Positions 1 through 12,346 of a stretch of 64,000 nucleotides of DNA are shown one piece after another. Position 1 is the first letter of the stretch. Each line of letters begins with the position of its first letter. The notes beneath the pieces are model-generated. The model made no database searches. It was not told where the DNA came from and worked only from the letters and a program-made list of their open reading frames with translations. The DNA lies in assembly GCA_951406725.2 (NCBI GenBank), contig OX597834.1:6076001-6140000 (forward strand). The letters are read 5' to 3'. A program made the position numbers and the translations under genes. This DNA comes from Octopus vulgaris (taxonomy: Eukaryota).

Positions 1-101
1 TTGGCCCGGGGCTATAGCAGAAGACACTTGCCCAAGATGCCACGCAGTGGGGACTGAACCCGGAACCATGTGGTTGATTAGCAAGCTACTTACCACACAG
101 C
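1..101 (-). mobile_element. SINE family A (tRNA-head, CORE-like CCTTGGGCAAGT motif), 5' part, truncated by window edge
   Basis: Matches the head half of the ~400-bp repeat seen more than 20 times in the window. Confidence 0.85.
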
Positions 102-141
102 TTCATGTTTATTAATTTCGCTTTTGCTGAATATTACTGAA

Positions 142-538
142 CTTGCAGTATCGCCTGGCGTTGCTCGGATTTGTTTTCTTTTCGACCCTTTAAAATTAAA
201 ATTTTTGAAAAGTAAAATTTTGCCTTATGTAGCTTGTTATTCTCTTTAAGTGAACATTTTTCTGGTTAAAATACACCAAAAAATGGCGATACAGCAGTAA
301 AAAAATTGTAAAAAAATAGGGATTTTCATAGAAAAAAAAGCACCTTTTTGATGTAAATAATTTTTGGTTTTAACATGGTGCGATTTGAATTTTTTCTGCT
401 ACAGAAGGAAGAGCAAGCCTTCTTCTATCATACTCTCAATTTCGGTCAACTTGCGACACAGAGTCTCGGAGGAGATAGTGTTAGTTGAAGTCTACCAAAC
501 CTGCCATATACAGACAACTTCAGCATTATATATATAGA
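142..538 (-). mobile_element. Non-autonomous Helitron-like element
   Basis: Minus strand starts TCTATATATA and ends with hairpin CCGAGCAACGCCAGG-CGATACTG-CAAG (CTRR variant); same 3' end as the 29989 and 32935 copies. Confidence 0.7.
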
Positions 539-849
539 TTAAATACAAAGCAATTATTGCAAGCATTCCTTTTGAAGTTGCATTTATTTTTAAAGAGATG
601 AACCACTGCACAGACAAGGTTTTCGGCTTTCTTATTCATGGGACATGAATTCAGATTTGCTGTATTCAAAAACATAAGCTCGAGCATGGCTGTGTGGTTA
701 AGGCAGTTGTTTCTCAATCACATGGCTATTGAGTTCAGCCCCACTGCACAGCAGCTTGGGCAAGTGTCTTCAAGTTTAGCCCCAAACTGGCCAAAGCCAT
801 GTGAGAAGATTCGATGAATGAAAACCGAATCTTTGTTTCAGAAAATAAT

Positions 850-1412
850 AATGACAGACTCTCAGCTTACTCAAGAAATGAAGGTTGAGCATCGTGATTT
901 TGAAATATTTCAATTCTTAAAATGTCACCAGATCTTTTGTCTGCAAAATTCATAAGGAGTAGAGACTGAAGATGGAAACATATCACCAGTATCAAAATGT
1001 AAATAGCATTTTACACGTTTTGAAATCATCAGAACACCTGAACTTATCCAACAAGTTCCACAGACTATTAATTACAATTCCAGAAAATCCATGAGGTCAA
1101 TTGCGAAAAATCTCCATGTGTCAGAAAGAACAATCAGAAATGTTTTACATGAAGACATCAGATATGTCTCATATCATGAGGAAAGGTCAATTTATGTCTC
1201 AAAAAGCAAAAAAAGAAAACAAAAATCTCTACATCAAATCTAAAAGGCTCTTAAACAAACTGAAAAATCCAGTAGAAGAAGATTTGATTTGGTTTTTCTC
1301 AGGTGAGAAAAGCTTTGACCAAGATCAAAAAGTTAACGGAACAAATGACAGATGGTTGTGTGCAGACACTTCTGAAGTTCCAAGAGTTATGCATACAAGA
1401 TTTCCTGCAGCT
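850..1412 (+). pseudogene. Tc1/mariner-superfamily transposase remnant, maT (DD37D)-like
   Basis: Frameshifted translation RKSMRSIAKNLHVSERTIRNVLHEDIRY...WFFSGEKSFDQDQKVNGTNDRWLCADTSEVPRVMHTRFPA (HTH plus first DDE block). Confidence 0.8.
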
Positions 1413-2299
1413 GTGTCTGCTGGGTACTTTTAATGTGGCACAGACATGGGCCGCTTTTACATGGCACTAGCAGGAGTGCTTTTCACTTAGCACCACACAG
1501 GACCCCTTGCAGGCCAATGTTCTTCAACCAGAGGATGCAGTCTTAGCTGGTCAATCAATTCCAGTCATTGGCTCAGGATACTTCAGCCATGACATATGGT
1601 TGGTTCCTATTCTAATAATAATTTCTTCTGTTGAGACAAACAGGAAGCAAGACAAGATAATAGCACCTGGATCACATTAAAGATTTCCGAACTTTTGGAT
1701 AGATTGATTTCTTCAGAGTCTGGAACATTAGACTTTGTAGAATACATATTGAATAATCTCAATTGTCTAAGGTGAAATCCCTTCTGAAGTAAATTTAGTA
1801 AAGGCGAAGAAGTTGGTTTAATTCTCTATTGAATATCTTCCAAAATCCTGCCAAGTCACAAATGGCAAACTGATTGGAATGTTGACCAGCTGTTACATTA
1901 TTTTGTAATCTGATAAGAATGAGTTTAAGTTGAGAGAGAAAGAGAGAGAGAGAAAGAAGAGAGAGAGAGAGAAAAAGAGAACGAGAGAGACAGTAAGTCA
2001 GTGTCAAAGAAAATGGTTAAGATTTGCAAATATAAAATTCTATAATGGTTGAATATCAGAATTTAAGTTTTTATTTTCTGCTTTGTTTTTTCTTTCCATT
2101 TAAATGTGATTTGTCATTATTGCCTGTCTAAGACTGCATACAAATAGTGTGAAAGCCATTTGCTGGAATGCCCCGATGGTGATTCAGACATAGGTTAAAT
2201 TCAATCACGAATAAAAAAGCAGCAATAGTGTTGTGAATATTATTGACCAAACATATTCAATGTATGTGTTCTGCTTGTTTGCTGGAATGCAGCAGTTTA

Positions 2300-2770
2300 T
2301 CATCCTCATCATCATCATCATCGTTTAACATCCACTTTCCTGCTAGCATGGGTCGGATGATTTGACTGAGGACTGGGGAACCAGATGGCTGCACCAGGCT
2401 CCAATCTGATCTGGCAGAGTTTCTACAGCTGGCTGCCCTTCCTAATGCCAACCACTCCGAGAGTGTAGTGGGTGCTTTTACGTGCCACCAGCACGAGGGC
2501 CAGTCTGGTGGTACTGGCTACAGCCACGCTCAAAATGGTGTTTTTTCCATGCCACCTGCACAGGAGTCAGTCCAGCGGCACTGGCAATGACCTCGCTCGA
2601 ATGTTTTGTTCACATGCCACTGGCACAAGTGCCAGTAAGGCGATGCTGGTAATGATCACGCTCAAATGGTGCTTTTTACGTGCCACTGGCACAGAAGCCA
2701 GACAGCTGCTCTGGCAGTGATCCTGCTCAGATGGAGCTGTTAGCGCTCCACTGGCATGGGTGCCAATCAT
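2300..2770 (-). mobile_element. SINE/repeat family C ((GAT)n tail, AGGAAGGGCATCCAGC core, internal GTGGCACGTAAAAAGCAC repeats)
   Basis: Same sequence recurs at ~12347, 19100, 24770, 30850, 47730, 48374, 49441 and 55250. Confidence 0.8.
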
Positions 2771-3238
2771 CGAATTTGGTTCAATTTCGATGCTGCCAGG
2801 GTTGATATGAGATTAAATGCTTGATGCTGCAGCCCCAGCATGGCCACTGTCAAATGGCTTAAAACAGTAAAAGAGTAAACTCTAACTTCATTCTTAAATG
2901 CAAGAATACATCCAGTAGCAACATCAGGGGATTGCTGGGCAAAACCCCTTACAAAATGTAGTTCTGTATGTCTTTTTTTACATTGTGAACCCAAACCCCT
3001 GCAAAGTTGATTTTGCCATTCATCTAGGGCTTACAAGGGCCACTAAAGTACTGAAGTCAATTTAATCAGTGATGCCCAACCTTAAATTTAGCACCTTTAT
3101 GCCTACAGTAGAATGCTATTGAGCGATAAAGGTGGAGATCTGAGTAATTTTCATTGAGAATATAGAGAAGCCAACTTCCACCTACCTTTACACAACTCAC
3201 CTATGAATGCCCCTACTTCTCTGACACAAGCTCCCAGG

Positions 3239-3889
3239 TTTACCCCTTTAGCATTCAGATTACTTTGTCAATTGTAATTCAAATTTATTCACATTGTTTT
3301 GAACTAATCATGCATTATCTTGTAGCTTTGAGATTTCGGTGAGGTGATTTACTCTTTTACTCTTTTACTTGTTTCAGTCATTTGACTGCGGCCATGCTGG
3401 AGTACCGCCTTTAGTCGAGCAACTCGACCCCGGGACTTATTCTTTTTTTGAAAGCCCAGTACTTATTCAATCGGTTTCTTTTTGCTGAACCGCTAAGTGA
3501 CGGGGACGTAAACACACCAGCATCGGTTGTCAAGCAATGCTAGGGGAACAAACACAGACACACAAACACACACACATACATATATATATATATACATATA
3601 TACGACAGGCTTCTTTCAGTTTCCGTCTACCAAATCTACTCACAAGGCATTGGTCAGCCCGGGGCTATAGCAGAAGACACTTGCCCAAGATGCCACGCAG
3701 TGGGACTGAACCCGGAACCATGTGGTTGGTTAGAAAGCTAATTACCACACAGTCACATTTTAAAAATGACATTGTAGGATAGGTGTGAGAGTGGATCTAA
3801 TCAGTTTGCATGTGAAACAGGTAGAATACTTTGGTTTGGATGTGGCTGTTTTAAACGGTAAAAGCTTAAATTGATTTGCATTAAAACCT
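3239..3889. mobile_element. piggyBac-like MITE interrupted by SINE A
   Basis: Ends resemble TTAACCC..TTAGCATT / AAAG(G)GTTAA; homologous copies at ~10457-11051 and ~53426-53585. Confidence 0.5.
3348..3752 (-). mobile_element. SINE family A
   Basis: Near full copy: (GAGTAAAA)n tail, internal (CA)/(TA) tract, tRNA-like head. Confidence 0.9.
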
Positions 3890-3905
3890 TCCCTCCTAAT
3901 ATATG

Positions 3906-4336
3906 TTTACTCTTTTACTCTTTTACTTGTTTCAGTCATTTAACTGTGGCCATGCTGGAGCACTGCCTTTAGTCGAGCAAATCGACCCCAGGACTGACTT
4001 ATTCTTTGTAAGCCTAGTATTTATTCTGTCGGTCTCTTTTGTCGAACCGCTAAGTTACAGGGATGTAAACACACCAGCATCTGTTGTCAAGTGATGTTGG
4101 GGGGGGGGAGACAAACACAGACACACAAACACACAAACACACACATACATACATATATATATACATATATACGATGGGCTTCTTTCAGTTTCTGTCTACC
4201 AAATCTACTCACAAGGCTTTGGTCGGCCCGAGGCTATAGTAGAAGACACTTGCCCAAGGTGCCACACTGTGGAAATGAACCCGGAACCATGTGGTTAGTA
4301 AGCAAGCTACTTACCACACAGCCACTCATGCACCTA
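3906..4336 (-). mobile_element. SINE family A
   Basis: Full copy. Confidence 0.9.
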
Positions 4337-4396
4337 TTTAGGTTTCAAACACCACATAAATAATGACAGAGGTATTTAAGTATTTTAGCTAATACT

Positions 4397-4620
4397 GAAC
4401 TGGCAGAAACGTAAGCACGCTGGGCGAAATGCGTAGCCGTACTTCGTCTGCCGTTACATTCTGTGTTCAAATTCCGCCGAGGTCGACTTTGCCTTTCATC
4501 CTTTCGGGGTCGATAAATTAAGTACCAGTTACGCATTGGGGTCGATGTAATCGACTTAATCCGTTTGTCTGTCCTTGTTTGTCCTCTCTGCGTTTAGCCC
4601 CTTATGGGTAGCAAAGAAAT
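4397..4620 (+). mobile_element. SINE family B (Meta/MESC-like CTTTCATCCTTTCGGGGTCGATAAA core)
   Basis: tRNA-like head with B-box GTTCAAATTCC; about 12 copies in the window. Confidence 0.85.
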
Positions 4621-5579
4621 ATATTTTCAAAGTTAATTTAAACAAAGTATATTTCAAAATGTAGACAAGTTAACAAAAAAAGGATTAACACTAACAGAAA
4701 AGTGAACCAATGTTAACAGTCTCCTAGTTATAATATTAACAGTAACTGCTGTCTTTGTTGTATATATGATAATTATTTAAGTCCACTCCAGTAATTCCAT
4801 CTCTTTTGGATGTCTGTTATAACCGTGTTTCGTGACTCACATACATTATTCGAGCAACACATCATAAAAACCGTTCTTTACATCAAACTGGTAATCAACT
4901 TAAATAGTCTTCATCATGTGCAAGCATGCAAGAGCACACACAACAAAAACATAACGACTTGAGTGCACTAATGATATCACAGACTGGGGTAGTTAGTGTG
5001 AAGATTATCGTATCTACTAGAAATAGATTTCAAGAATTTTATGAAAAACAGAGTAATTAGGTAATCCAGACAATATAAGAAGATTTCACAAAAACTACTA
5101 GTAGTGTTATATAGTGTGTTTAAGATATTAATGCACATTAATTATTATTTAGTATCAATATCAAAAGCCAATGGTGGTGTAAGTTAGTTACCACAACGGT
5201 TTTATCATTATTGCTCTGGTGTGTTACTGATAAAGTTAACAGTAGTTACCTACTTATCACTAATGCTGTGATGTATTTCTAGAAAAGACACTGTCCTCTC
5301 AATGATGTGATTCACAAGATCATAAATACAATCCTGTTTGATGTATTCTAACCCCCGGATCAAACCTGTTCCTGTACAATTATACCGAAGACAATTATAT
5401 GAAACACAAACTAGTCGTAACCAAGGTGTTCTTGTTTCATGCCCAGCATGTCTCAGACTGCATTTATCCAAAGTGCTTAGCCTTTTTATATGTGGTTGGG
5501 TGGATATCATTTGAAGGAAAGCTCTTGACTCCTTTTGGGGCTAAGAGAATCTGCAGATGTGGTGTCTTTTAAATGTGGT

Positions 5580-5979
5580 GTGTTTAGCCGCCTGTGGGTA
5601 GTAAAGAAATGGGTATTTCATCTGCCGTTACGTTCTGAGTTCAAATTCCGCCATGGTCAACTTTCCCTTTCATCCTTTCGGGGTCGATAAATTAGGTACC
5701 AGTTATGCACTGGGGTCGATATAATCGACTTAATACCTATGTCTGTCCTTATTTGTCCTCTCTGTGTGAAGTCCCTTGTGGGTAGTAAAGAAATAGGTAT
5801 TTCGTCTGCTGCTACGCTCGGAGTTCAAATTCCATCGAGGTTGACTCTGCCTTCCATCCTTTCGGGGTCGATAAATTAAGTACCAGTTATGCACTGGGGT
5901 CGATGTAATCGACTTAATCCATTTGTCTGTCCTTGTTTGTCCCCTCTGTGTGTAGCCCCTTGTGGGTAGTAAAGAAATA
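5580..5979 (+). mobile_element. SINE family B, head-to-tail tandem of the ~185-bp body
   Basis: Two bodies joined at AAGAAATAGGTATTTC; TSD AGATGTGGTGTCTTTTA at 5555 and 5980. Confidence 0.85.
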
Positions 5980-6044
5980 AGATGTGGTGTCTTTTATCAA
6001 CTGATGCAATGTACATAGCTTCTCTCCTATCTGTCTTTACCTTC

Positions 6045-6456
6045 TATCTTTTATTTTTTTCACTCATTAGACTGTGGCCATGCTGGAGCACCTCCTTGAA
6101 GAATTTTAGTCAAACTTAGTGACCCCAGTACTTATCATTTCTTTTTTTTTTTTTGCAAAACCTGGTACTTATTTATCGATCTCTTTTGCCAAACTGCTAA
6201 GTTACATAGATGTAAACACACCAACACCATGTATCAAGCAGTGGTTAGGGATAAAAACAGACACACACACACACACACACACACACATATCATAAAGGCT
6301 TCTTTCAGTTTCCATCTACCAAATTCACTCACTAGGCTTTGGTCAGCTTGAGGCTATAATAGAAAATTCTCTCCCATGGTGCCATGCAGTGGGACTGAAC
6401 CTGGAACCATGTAGTTTGGAAGCAAGCTTCTTACTACATAGCCACACTTGTGCCTA
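6045..6456 (-). mobile_element. SINE family A, diverged copy
   Basis: Colinear similarity to family A. Confidence 0.8.
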
Positions 6457-7123
6457 TAGGAAAAACATTAAAAGGTAGCCAAAATTTCCTCCACTGCTTT
6501 AGCAGTGACTGGTGTCAGAAGAAGGGCATTCAATCATTAAAACTATGCCAAAACTATGTGGCCCATGTGGTATATATGGTACATGTGCTATATGAACATA
6601 CATCCCATGCTAGAATGGAAGGTGGCACATGTGCGATATGGTGATCGTGATTGCCCCAGATGTAAACCTGCAAAAGGAGGGCTGGCTCCACAGATCTGGG
6701 CAGATCTAGAGCAGTCCTGAGCAACTACAGCTCGCAGGACTTTCCAAATGGCCAACCAATGGCAAATTAATCTGAATATTTTTAAAAGTCCGGTCAGCTT
6801 GATGATAAGCCATGTTTCATGTGGTTCGCTTCTCAGAGATGGTTTACCCATGCCTTATCTAGATGGACAGTCATTGATGATAATTGTAACTTATCTCAAT
6901 CCGCAATGGCTATATTCCTAATATTGGCAGACGAAGGTAATGCCTGGTTGATGGGAACTTGTTAGATGGGTCCCAGTAGATTGGGTTCTTGGTGAGGCCC
7001 ATTGCAACAGAAAGCATTTTCACTTTTTCAATGCTTTTGTACTATGAATCCAAGATACTGGAAGTGGAATGCTTGTAGATCTGCACATCAGAATAAATTA
7101 TTACCTACATTGGTCATAGGCAA

Positions 7124-7722
7124 ACTGTGGCCCATGTGGTGTATGTGACCCTTGTGCTATATATGGCCCATGTGGTATATGTGGTACATGTGCTATTTGT
7201 GGTCCATGTGGTGTATGTAGAACACGTGCTGTATGTGGCCCATGTGAAATATGTGGCCCATGTGGTATATCTGGTCCATGTGGTATATGTGGACCATGTG
7301 GTATATGTGGACCATGTGGTATATGTGGTCCATGTGGTATATGTGGACCATGTGGTATATGTGGCACATTTGGTATATGTGCTGTATGCAGCCCAGTGGT
7401 ATATGCGGCCCTTGTGGCATATATGGTCCATGTGGTATATGTGGGACATTTGCTATACATGGTCCATGTGATATATGTGGTACATGTACTATATATGTGT
7501 CATGTGGTGTATGTGGCACATGTACTATATGTGTCTCATGTGGCATATGGGGCCCAAGTGCTAGATGTGGCACATATGCTATATGTGGTCCATGTGGTGT
7601 ATTTGACCCATGTGCTGTACATGGAATATGTGCACTATGTGACCCCTGTAGTATATGTGACCCCAGTGGTGCATGTGGCCCATATGCTGTATGTGGTCCA
7701 TGTGCTGTATGTAGCCCATGGA
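7124..7722. repeat. 9/18-bp minisatellite (CCATGTGGT-ATATGTGGT)n
   Basis: About 65 diverged 9-bp units; reads (HGPHIP)n on minus and (CGPCGI)n on plus. Confidence 0.9.
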
Positions 7723-8253
7723 ACTTTCTGAATGGCATATCTAATGAAAAATGACCTCAGTTTTTTGTAGTGCATCCTGACTGATGATGACCCATGTCTC
7801 ATGCGACCCACTTCCTGGGAAAGGTTACTCCTGCCTGATCTGAAATAATTCACATGAAGGGTTTTTTTTAAAATTTTCATTCAGCCCTATAATCAGCCTG
7901 ATTGGGCAAATTCATGATCAAAGACTTTCCAGTTATGACGATCCTGCCTTCAAAGAAGAATTTTATACCTGTCTAATGTAAAATGGCCAGGTGTGATTTG
8001 AGAGAGTTATGGCAGGTATTTTTAACAGAGCTAAGAACTAAACAGAGATTCTTTGGCAAGTTCTTCACAAATATGTTGTTATTATTGTTGTTGTTGTTGT
8101 TGTTGTTTAACACCAGGTAAGTAGGTAAGTTCTCAATGTGCAGGGTTAGGATCATAGACATTCCAGCCTTGGCCATTTTTGTCATTTTTGTTTTCATTTT
8201 TTTATCAGCTTCAGTGTATCAAGGGAGACTCTCTCTCTCTCTCTCTCTCTCTC

Positions 8254-8647
8254 TTTACTCTTTTACTTGTTTCAGTCATTTGAATGCGGCCATGCTGGAG
8301 CACCGCCTTTAATCGAGCAACTCGACCCCGGGACTTATTCTTTTGTAAGTCCAGTACTTATTCTATCGGTCTCTTTCGCCAAACCGCTAAGTAACGGGAA
8401 CATAAACACACCATCGGTTGTCAAGCAATGCTAGGGGGACAAACACAGACACATAAACACACACACACATATATATACATATCTATACGACGGGCTTCTT
8501 TCAGTTTCCGTCTACCAAATCTACTCACAAGGCTTTGGTCGGCCCGAGGCTATAGTAGAAGACACTTGCCCAAGGTGCCACACAGTGGGACTGAACCCGG
8601 AACCATGTGGTTGGTAAACAAGCTACTTACCACACAGCCACTCCTCC
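8254..8647 (-). mobile_element. SINE family A
   Basis: Full copy. Confidence 0.9.
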
Positions 8648-8794
8648 GACTGGTGCAGTTGATAAAGTTTTGGGTCAAATAACTCGTGATATTTGCACCA
8701 GGTTTCTGAGTTCAAATTCTGCCATGGACAACATTACTTTTTTTTGTCCTTATGGAGTCAATAAATAAATTACCTTCAAGTACTGGGTTAAATT

Positions 8795-9331
8795 CTTCCC
8801 TCTCTTTCATTTTCTCTCTGCCTGTATATCTCTTTCTCTCTCTTTCTCTCTTTATCTCTCTTTCTCTCTTTCTCTCTCTTTCTCTCTTTATCTCTCTTTC
8901 TCTCTTTATCTCTCTTTCTCTCTTTCTCTCTTTCTCTCTTTCTCTCTCTTTCTCTCTTTTTCTCTCTTTCTCTCTTTCTCTCTCTTTCTCTCTTTATCTC
9001 TTTCTCTCTCTTTCTCTCTCTTTCTCTCTTTATCTCTCTTTCTCTCTCTTACTCTCTTTATCTCTCTTTCTCTCTTTATATCTCTTTCTCTCTCTTTATC
9101 TCTCTTTCTCTCTTTCTCTCTCTTTCTCTGTTTATCTCTCTTTCTCTGTTTATCTCTTTATCTCTCTTTCTCTCTCTTTCTCTCTCTCTCTCTCTCTTTA
9201 TCTCTCTATGTCTCTTTATCTCTCTTCCCCTCTTTCTCTCTTTCTCTTTTTATCTCTCTTTGTCTCTTTATCTATCTTTCTCTCTATCTCTCTATCCATC
9301 TCTCTTTCTCTCTTTCTCTCTCTCTCTTCCT
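8795..9331. repeat. Polypyrimidine (CT/TCTCTT)n low-complexity tract
   Basis: Direct reading. Confidence 0.95.
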
Positions 9332-10047
9332 GATTGACAACATAATGTCACAAGAAGGATTGTGGGAGACCACTAAAACATCCCTTTCGCTAGAAATGGG
9401 AAAATGATAAAGGTTAATTCAGTTTAAGGGCTAGTAACCCTTTCTCCCAGAAGATCTGATATACAGAACTGAAACTAGCCAAGAATAGCCGACTGTGCTG
9501 CACGGAAGGGAATGGAAATGAAAGGACTCCATTATGTCCTTCCTTTTTAATATTGCAGAGTATGACTTGAGGGAGATCTGGGTTTGTATTTCTAGCAAGA
9601 CTAATGACCACATAGAAGATCCTTGGGTTGACTGGTTATTAACAGCTATTGTAGGGAGTTATCATTCACCATTAGCAGCACTTCATGGTTGATGAATATT
9701 ATAATAGGCTGCAGTTATTGATCCAGTGCCCTCCCCCCCTCCTCCTTCTCCTCCTCCTCCTCCTCCTCCTCATCTTTCAATTTAGTCGTAATAACATTTT
9801 CAATAACCATAACACTATAAGAAAATAAACAACAACCAAATGTCCCTGCCAGGCAAACCACTAAAGGGTATTTTTAATATTTTTAATTTAGAAGTAGAAA
9901 AAAAAAAAAATTTCTTTAAAAATTGTTATAGAGAAATAAATATTTCAGCCAACTCATCTTTTTTAGCTGCAGAGTGACTGGTTAATTAGCGGCTGATCGA
10001 GAATGGTTTCACCAATTAAATGGCGCTTTGTGAATGGTCTTCCTTAC

Positions 10048-10171
10048 CGAAACTTTCATTGTTTTCTTCATAAAAGATGTCACAGAGTGGACCTTGCCAA
10101 GTGAAATCTTTCGAAAGAAATCTAACCGTCATCGCAGCAGTTGATTCATTGTTGCAGCACACCATACAAAG
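10048..10171 (-). CDS. Candidate internal exon of an unknown host gene
   Basis: TTTTTGCAG acceptor, TCG|GTAAGG donor, 124 nt, one open frame LCMVCCNNESTAAMTVRFLSKDFTWQGPLCDIFYEENNESF; no recognised homology. Confidence 0.3.
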
Positions 10172-10658
10172 CTGCAAAAATTATTAAGGAGAGGTCAGCA
10201 CCTTTTAAAACAAAAAGAAAATTGCAAAATTACTAATCAAGGAAAAAAAGAAATAATACAAGAAAAACAATAGTAACAGAAAAAAAAGTTTTCTGCAGAA
10301 GTAATATTTTTCACTAAAAGATTGTAAATATAATTGTCAGCTCTAGAGAGGAATATTAACTGCACCATGATCTGCTAGGACAGCTAGAGTGGCTTAACAT
10401 GTAGAAGTTGAAATTAGTGAATAACATATTTAATGTAGTGAACCGAGAAATTTAAATTAGTTCGTTAGCATTTGTGTTATTTTGTCAATTGTGATGCTTA
10501 GTTATTCGCATTTGTTTTTAATTAGTCTTGCATTATTTTGTACATCTGATATTTTGATGAGGTAACGGTTATTTTTTAGAATGATATAGTAGGGTTGTTG
10601 TGAGAGGTTAGATCTGACAGGTTTGAACATAAAATATGTAGAATATTTGGGCCGGATA

Positions 10659-11020
10659 TACTCTTTTATTCTTTTACTTGTTTCAGTCATTTGACTGCGG
10701 CCATGCTGGAGCACCGCCTTTAGTCGAGCAACTCGACCCCGGGACTTATTCTTTGTAAGCCCAGTACTTATTCTATCGGTCTCTTTTGATGGGGACGTAA
10801 ACACACCAGCATCGGTTGTCAAGCAATGCTAGGGGGACAAACACAAACACACACACACATATATATATATACATATACACGACAGGCTTCTTTCAGTTTC
10901 CGTCTACCAAATCTACTCACAAGACATTGGTCGGCCCGAGGCTATAGCAGAAGACACTTGCCCAAGATGCCATGCAGTGGGACTGAACCCGGAACCATGT
11001 GGTTGGTAAGCAAGCTACTT
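10659..11020 (-). mobile_element. SINE family A inside piggyBac-like MITE (10457-11051)
   Basis: Copy flanked by GGATAT duplication. Confidence 0.85.
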
Positions 11021-11696
11021 GGATATGGCGGGTTTAAATTTGAAAGGGTTAATTATAATCATACTGAAGTCATGATCATGCTTTTGATTCCCATACAAAA
11101 TGGTATGTTGTGTTCTTGAGCACAACACTTAATTTCACATTGCTTCAGTCTACTCAGCCATAAATGAGTAATCCTGCAATGGACTGGCATCCTATCCAGG
11201 GGAATGTTATGATCTTGGTGACTTATACACTATGAAAACTAGGTAACTGATTCTATGAGTCTTTAACAGGGTAGTCTAGACTCTCTCTTGGTTTACTACA
11301 GAATCTTGCATACCATTATATTATATACTCACGGAAATGGTACAAGAAACAAACTTTAAAAATAAGAGCATGACTTTATTCCTCTGTTGACAACATTAAC
11401 ACTTCACGAATTCTGGAGGTTGTATAGTTCATCCATCATTTGGATAATTCAGCTCAGACTGTCGTTAGTTACACGTGCTCCATTATATTAATTTTGTTCT
11501 GGTGAATAACGGCAGTAAAATAACATTACTTGCCTTCAGGAAAATCGTTTACCCCCCACACCTCTGCTTAGAGATGATTTGTTAGTCTCATTTATAGAAG
11601 GAGCACAGGCTCCAAGACACATTCAGATTAGTTGTTTGAGAATGTATTAGGCACAGTGTGATTAGATCTTTGATCCATATCTCATGCAATGCTCAA

Positions 11697-11787
11697 CCAA
11701 TCAAAGCACAGAACTGAACCAATGTTCAAAGCTCATGATAGGGAAGACAACCAATCATTACAGATTAACATGCTGAACCTATAAAAG
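11697..11787 (+). promoter_or_regulatory. Promoter-like cluster: three CCAAT boxes plus TATAAAAG
   Basis: CCAAT at 11697, 11719 and 11751; TATAAAAG at 11780, in non-repetitive DNA. Confidence 0.35.
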
Positions 11788-12346
11788 GCTAATCATCTTC
11801 AATATGCCGTAATAGAAATTGGTCCTAGAACTTGAAACAGTAAGGTTCAGGCATTTAAAGGAACCTTCAGGCAGAAAAATTCCTCTTCACATTTTGTCTG
11901 GCAGTTACTATCAAAAGCGAATGTCAAAGCTGATTGACTGGTAAAAGTGCCAATAGTTTAGGGATATAGCCAAACTTAATTCTGGTCAACATTACCAAAC
12001 ATAGTAATATTATTTGCAAGGGTCAATTATCTTTGACCATCATTATCAAATAAGCTTATATTATTCATGAACAGTTTTGACTTTCAAGCTTAAACATTCC
12101 CTGGTCAAATTCAAAGAAGGCCATCTATTACAAATCACAAACCAGAATCCTCTTCTACTTCAATCCTCAGAGCTTTGACTCTTCTGCACTGACTACACTA
12201 TGTAACAAATATGCTTTTTTCCACCTTGACCCCAAAAGCTCACACTGGCTGAGTGAAACTCTTCTTCTAGACCAATGTTAAAGATCCGCTGTAAACCAGT
12301 GTCAAAATTTCAATTCCTGTATTTTTCTGTTTTTGTGATATTGAAG

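Noticed and set aside
3537-3782. Recurrent ORFs such as RRASFSFRLPNPLTRLWSARGYSRRHLPK suggesting a gene family
   Set aside because: Antisense translations of SINE A copies
5250-5540. 86-aa minus ORF with possible splice acceptor
   Set aside because: No recognisable homology and the length is within chance expectation; noted only as weak support for a minus-strand transcript
7251-7754. Cys-rich (CGPCGI)n metallothionein/keratin-associated-like ORF on plus
   Set aside because: Alternative reading of the same minisatellite with no supporting start or splice context; only the minus His frame was kept as a weak candidate
8752-9333. 193-aa Leu/Ser/Phe membrane-like ORF
   Set aside because: Translation of a (CT)-rich tract
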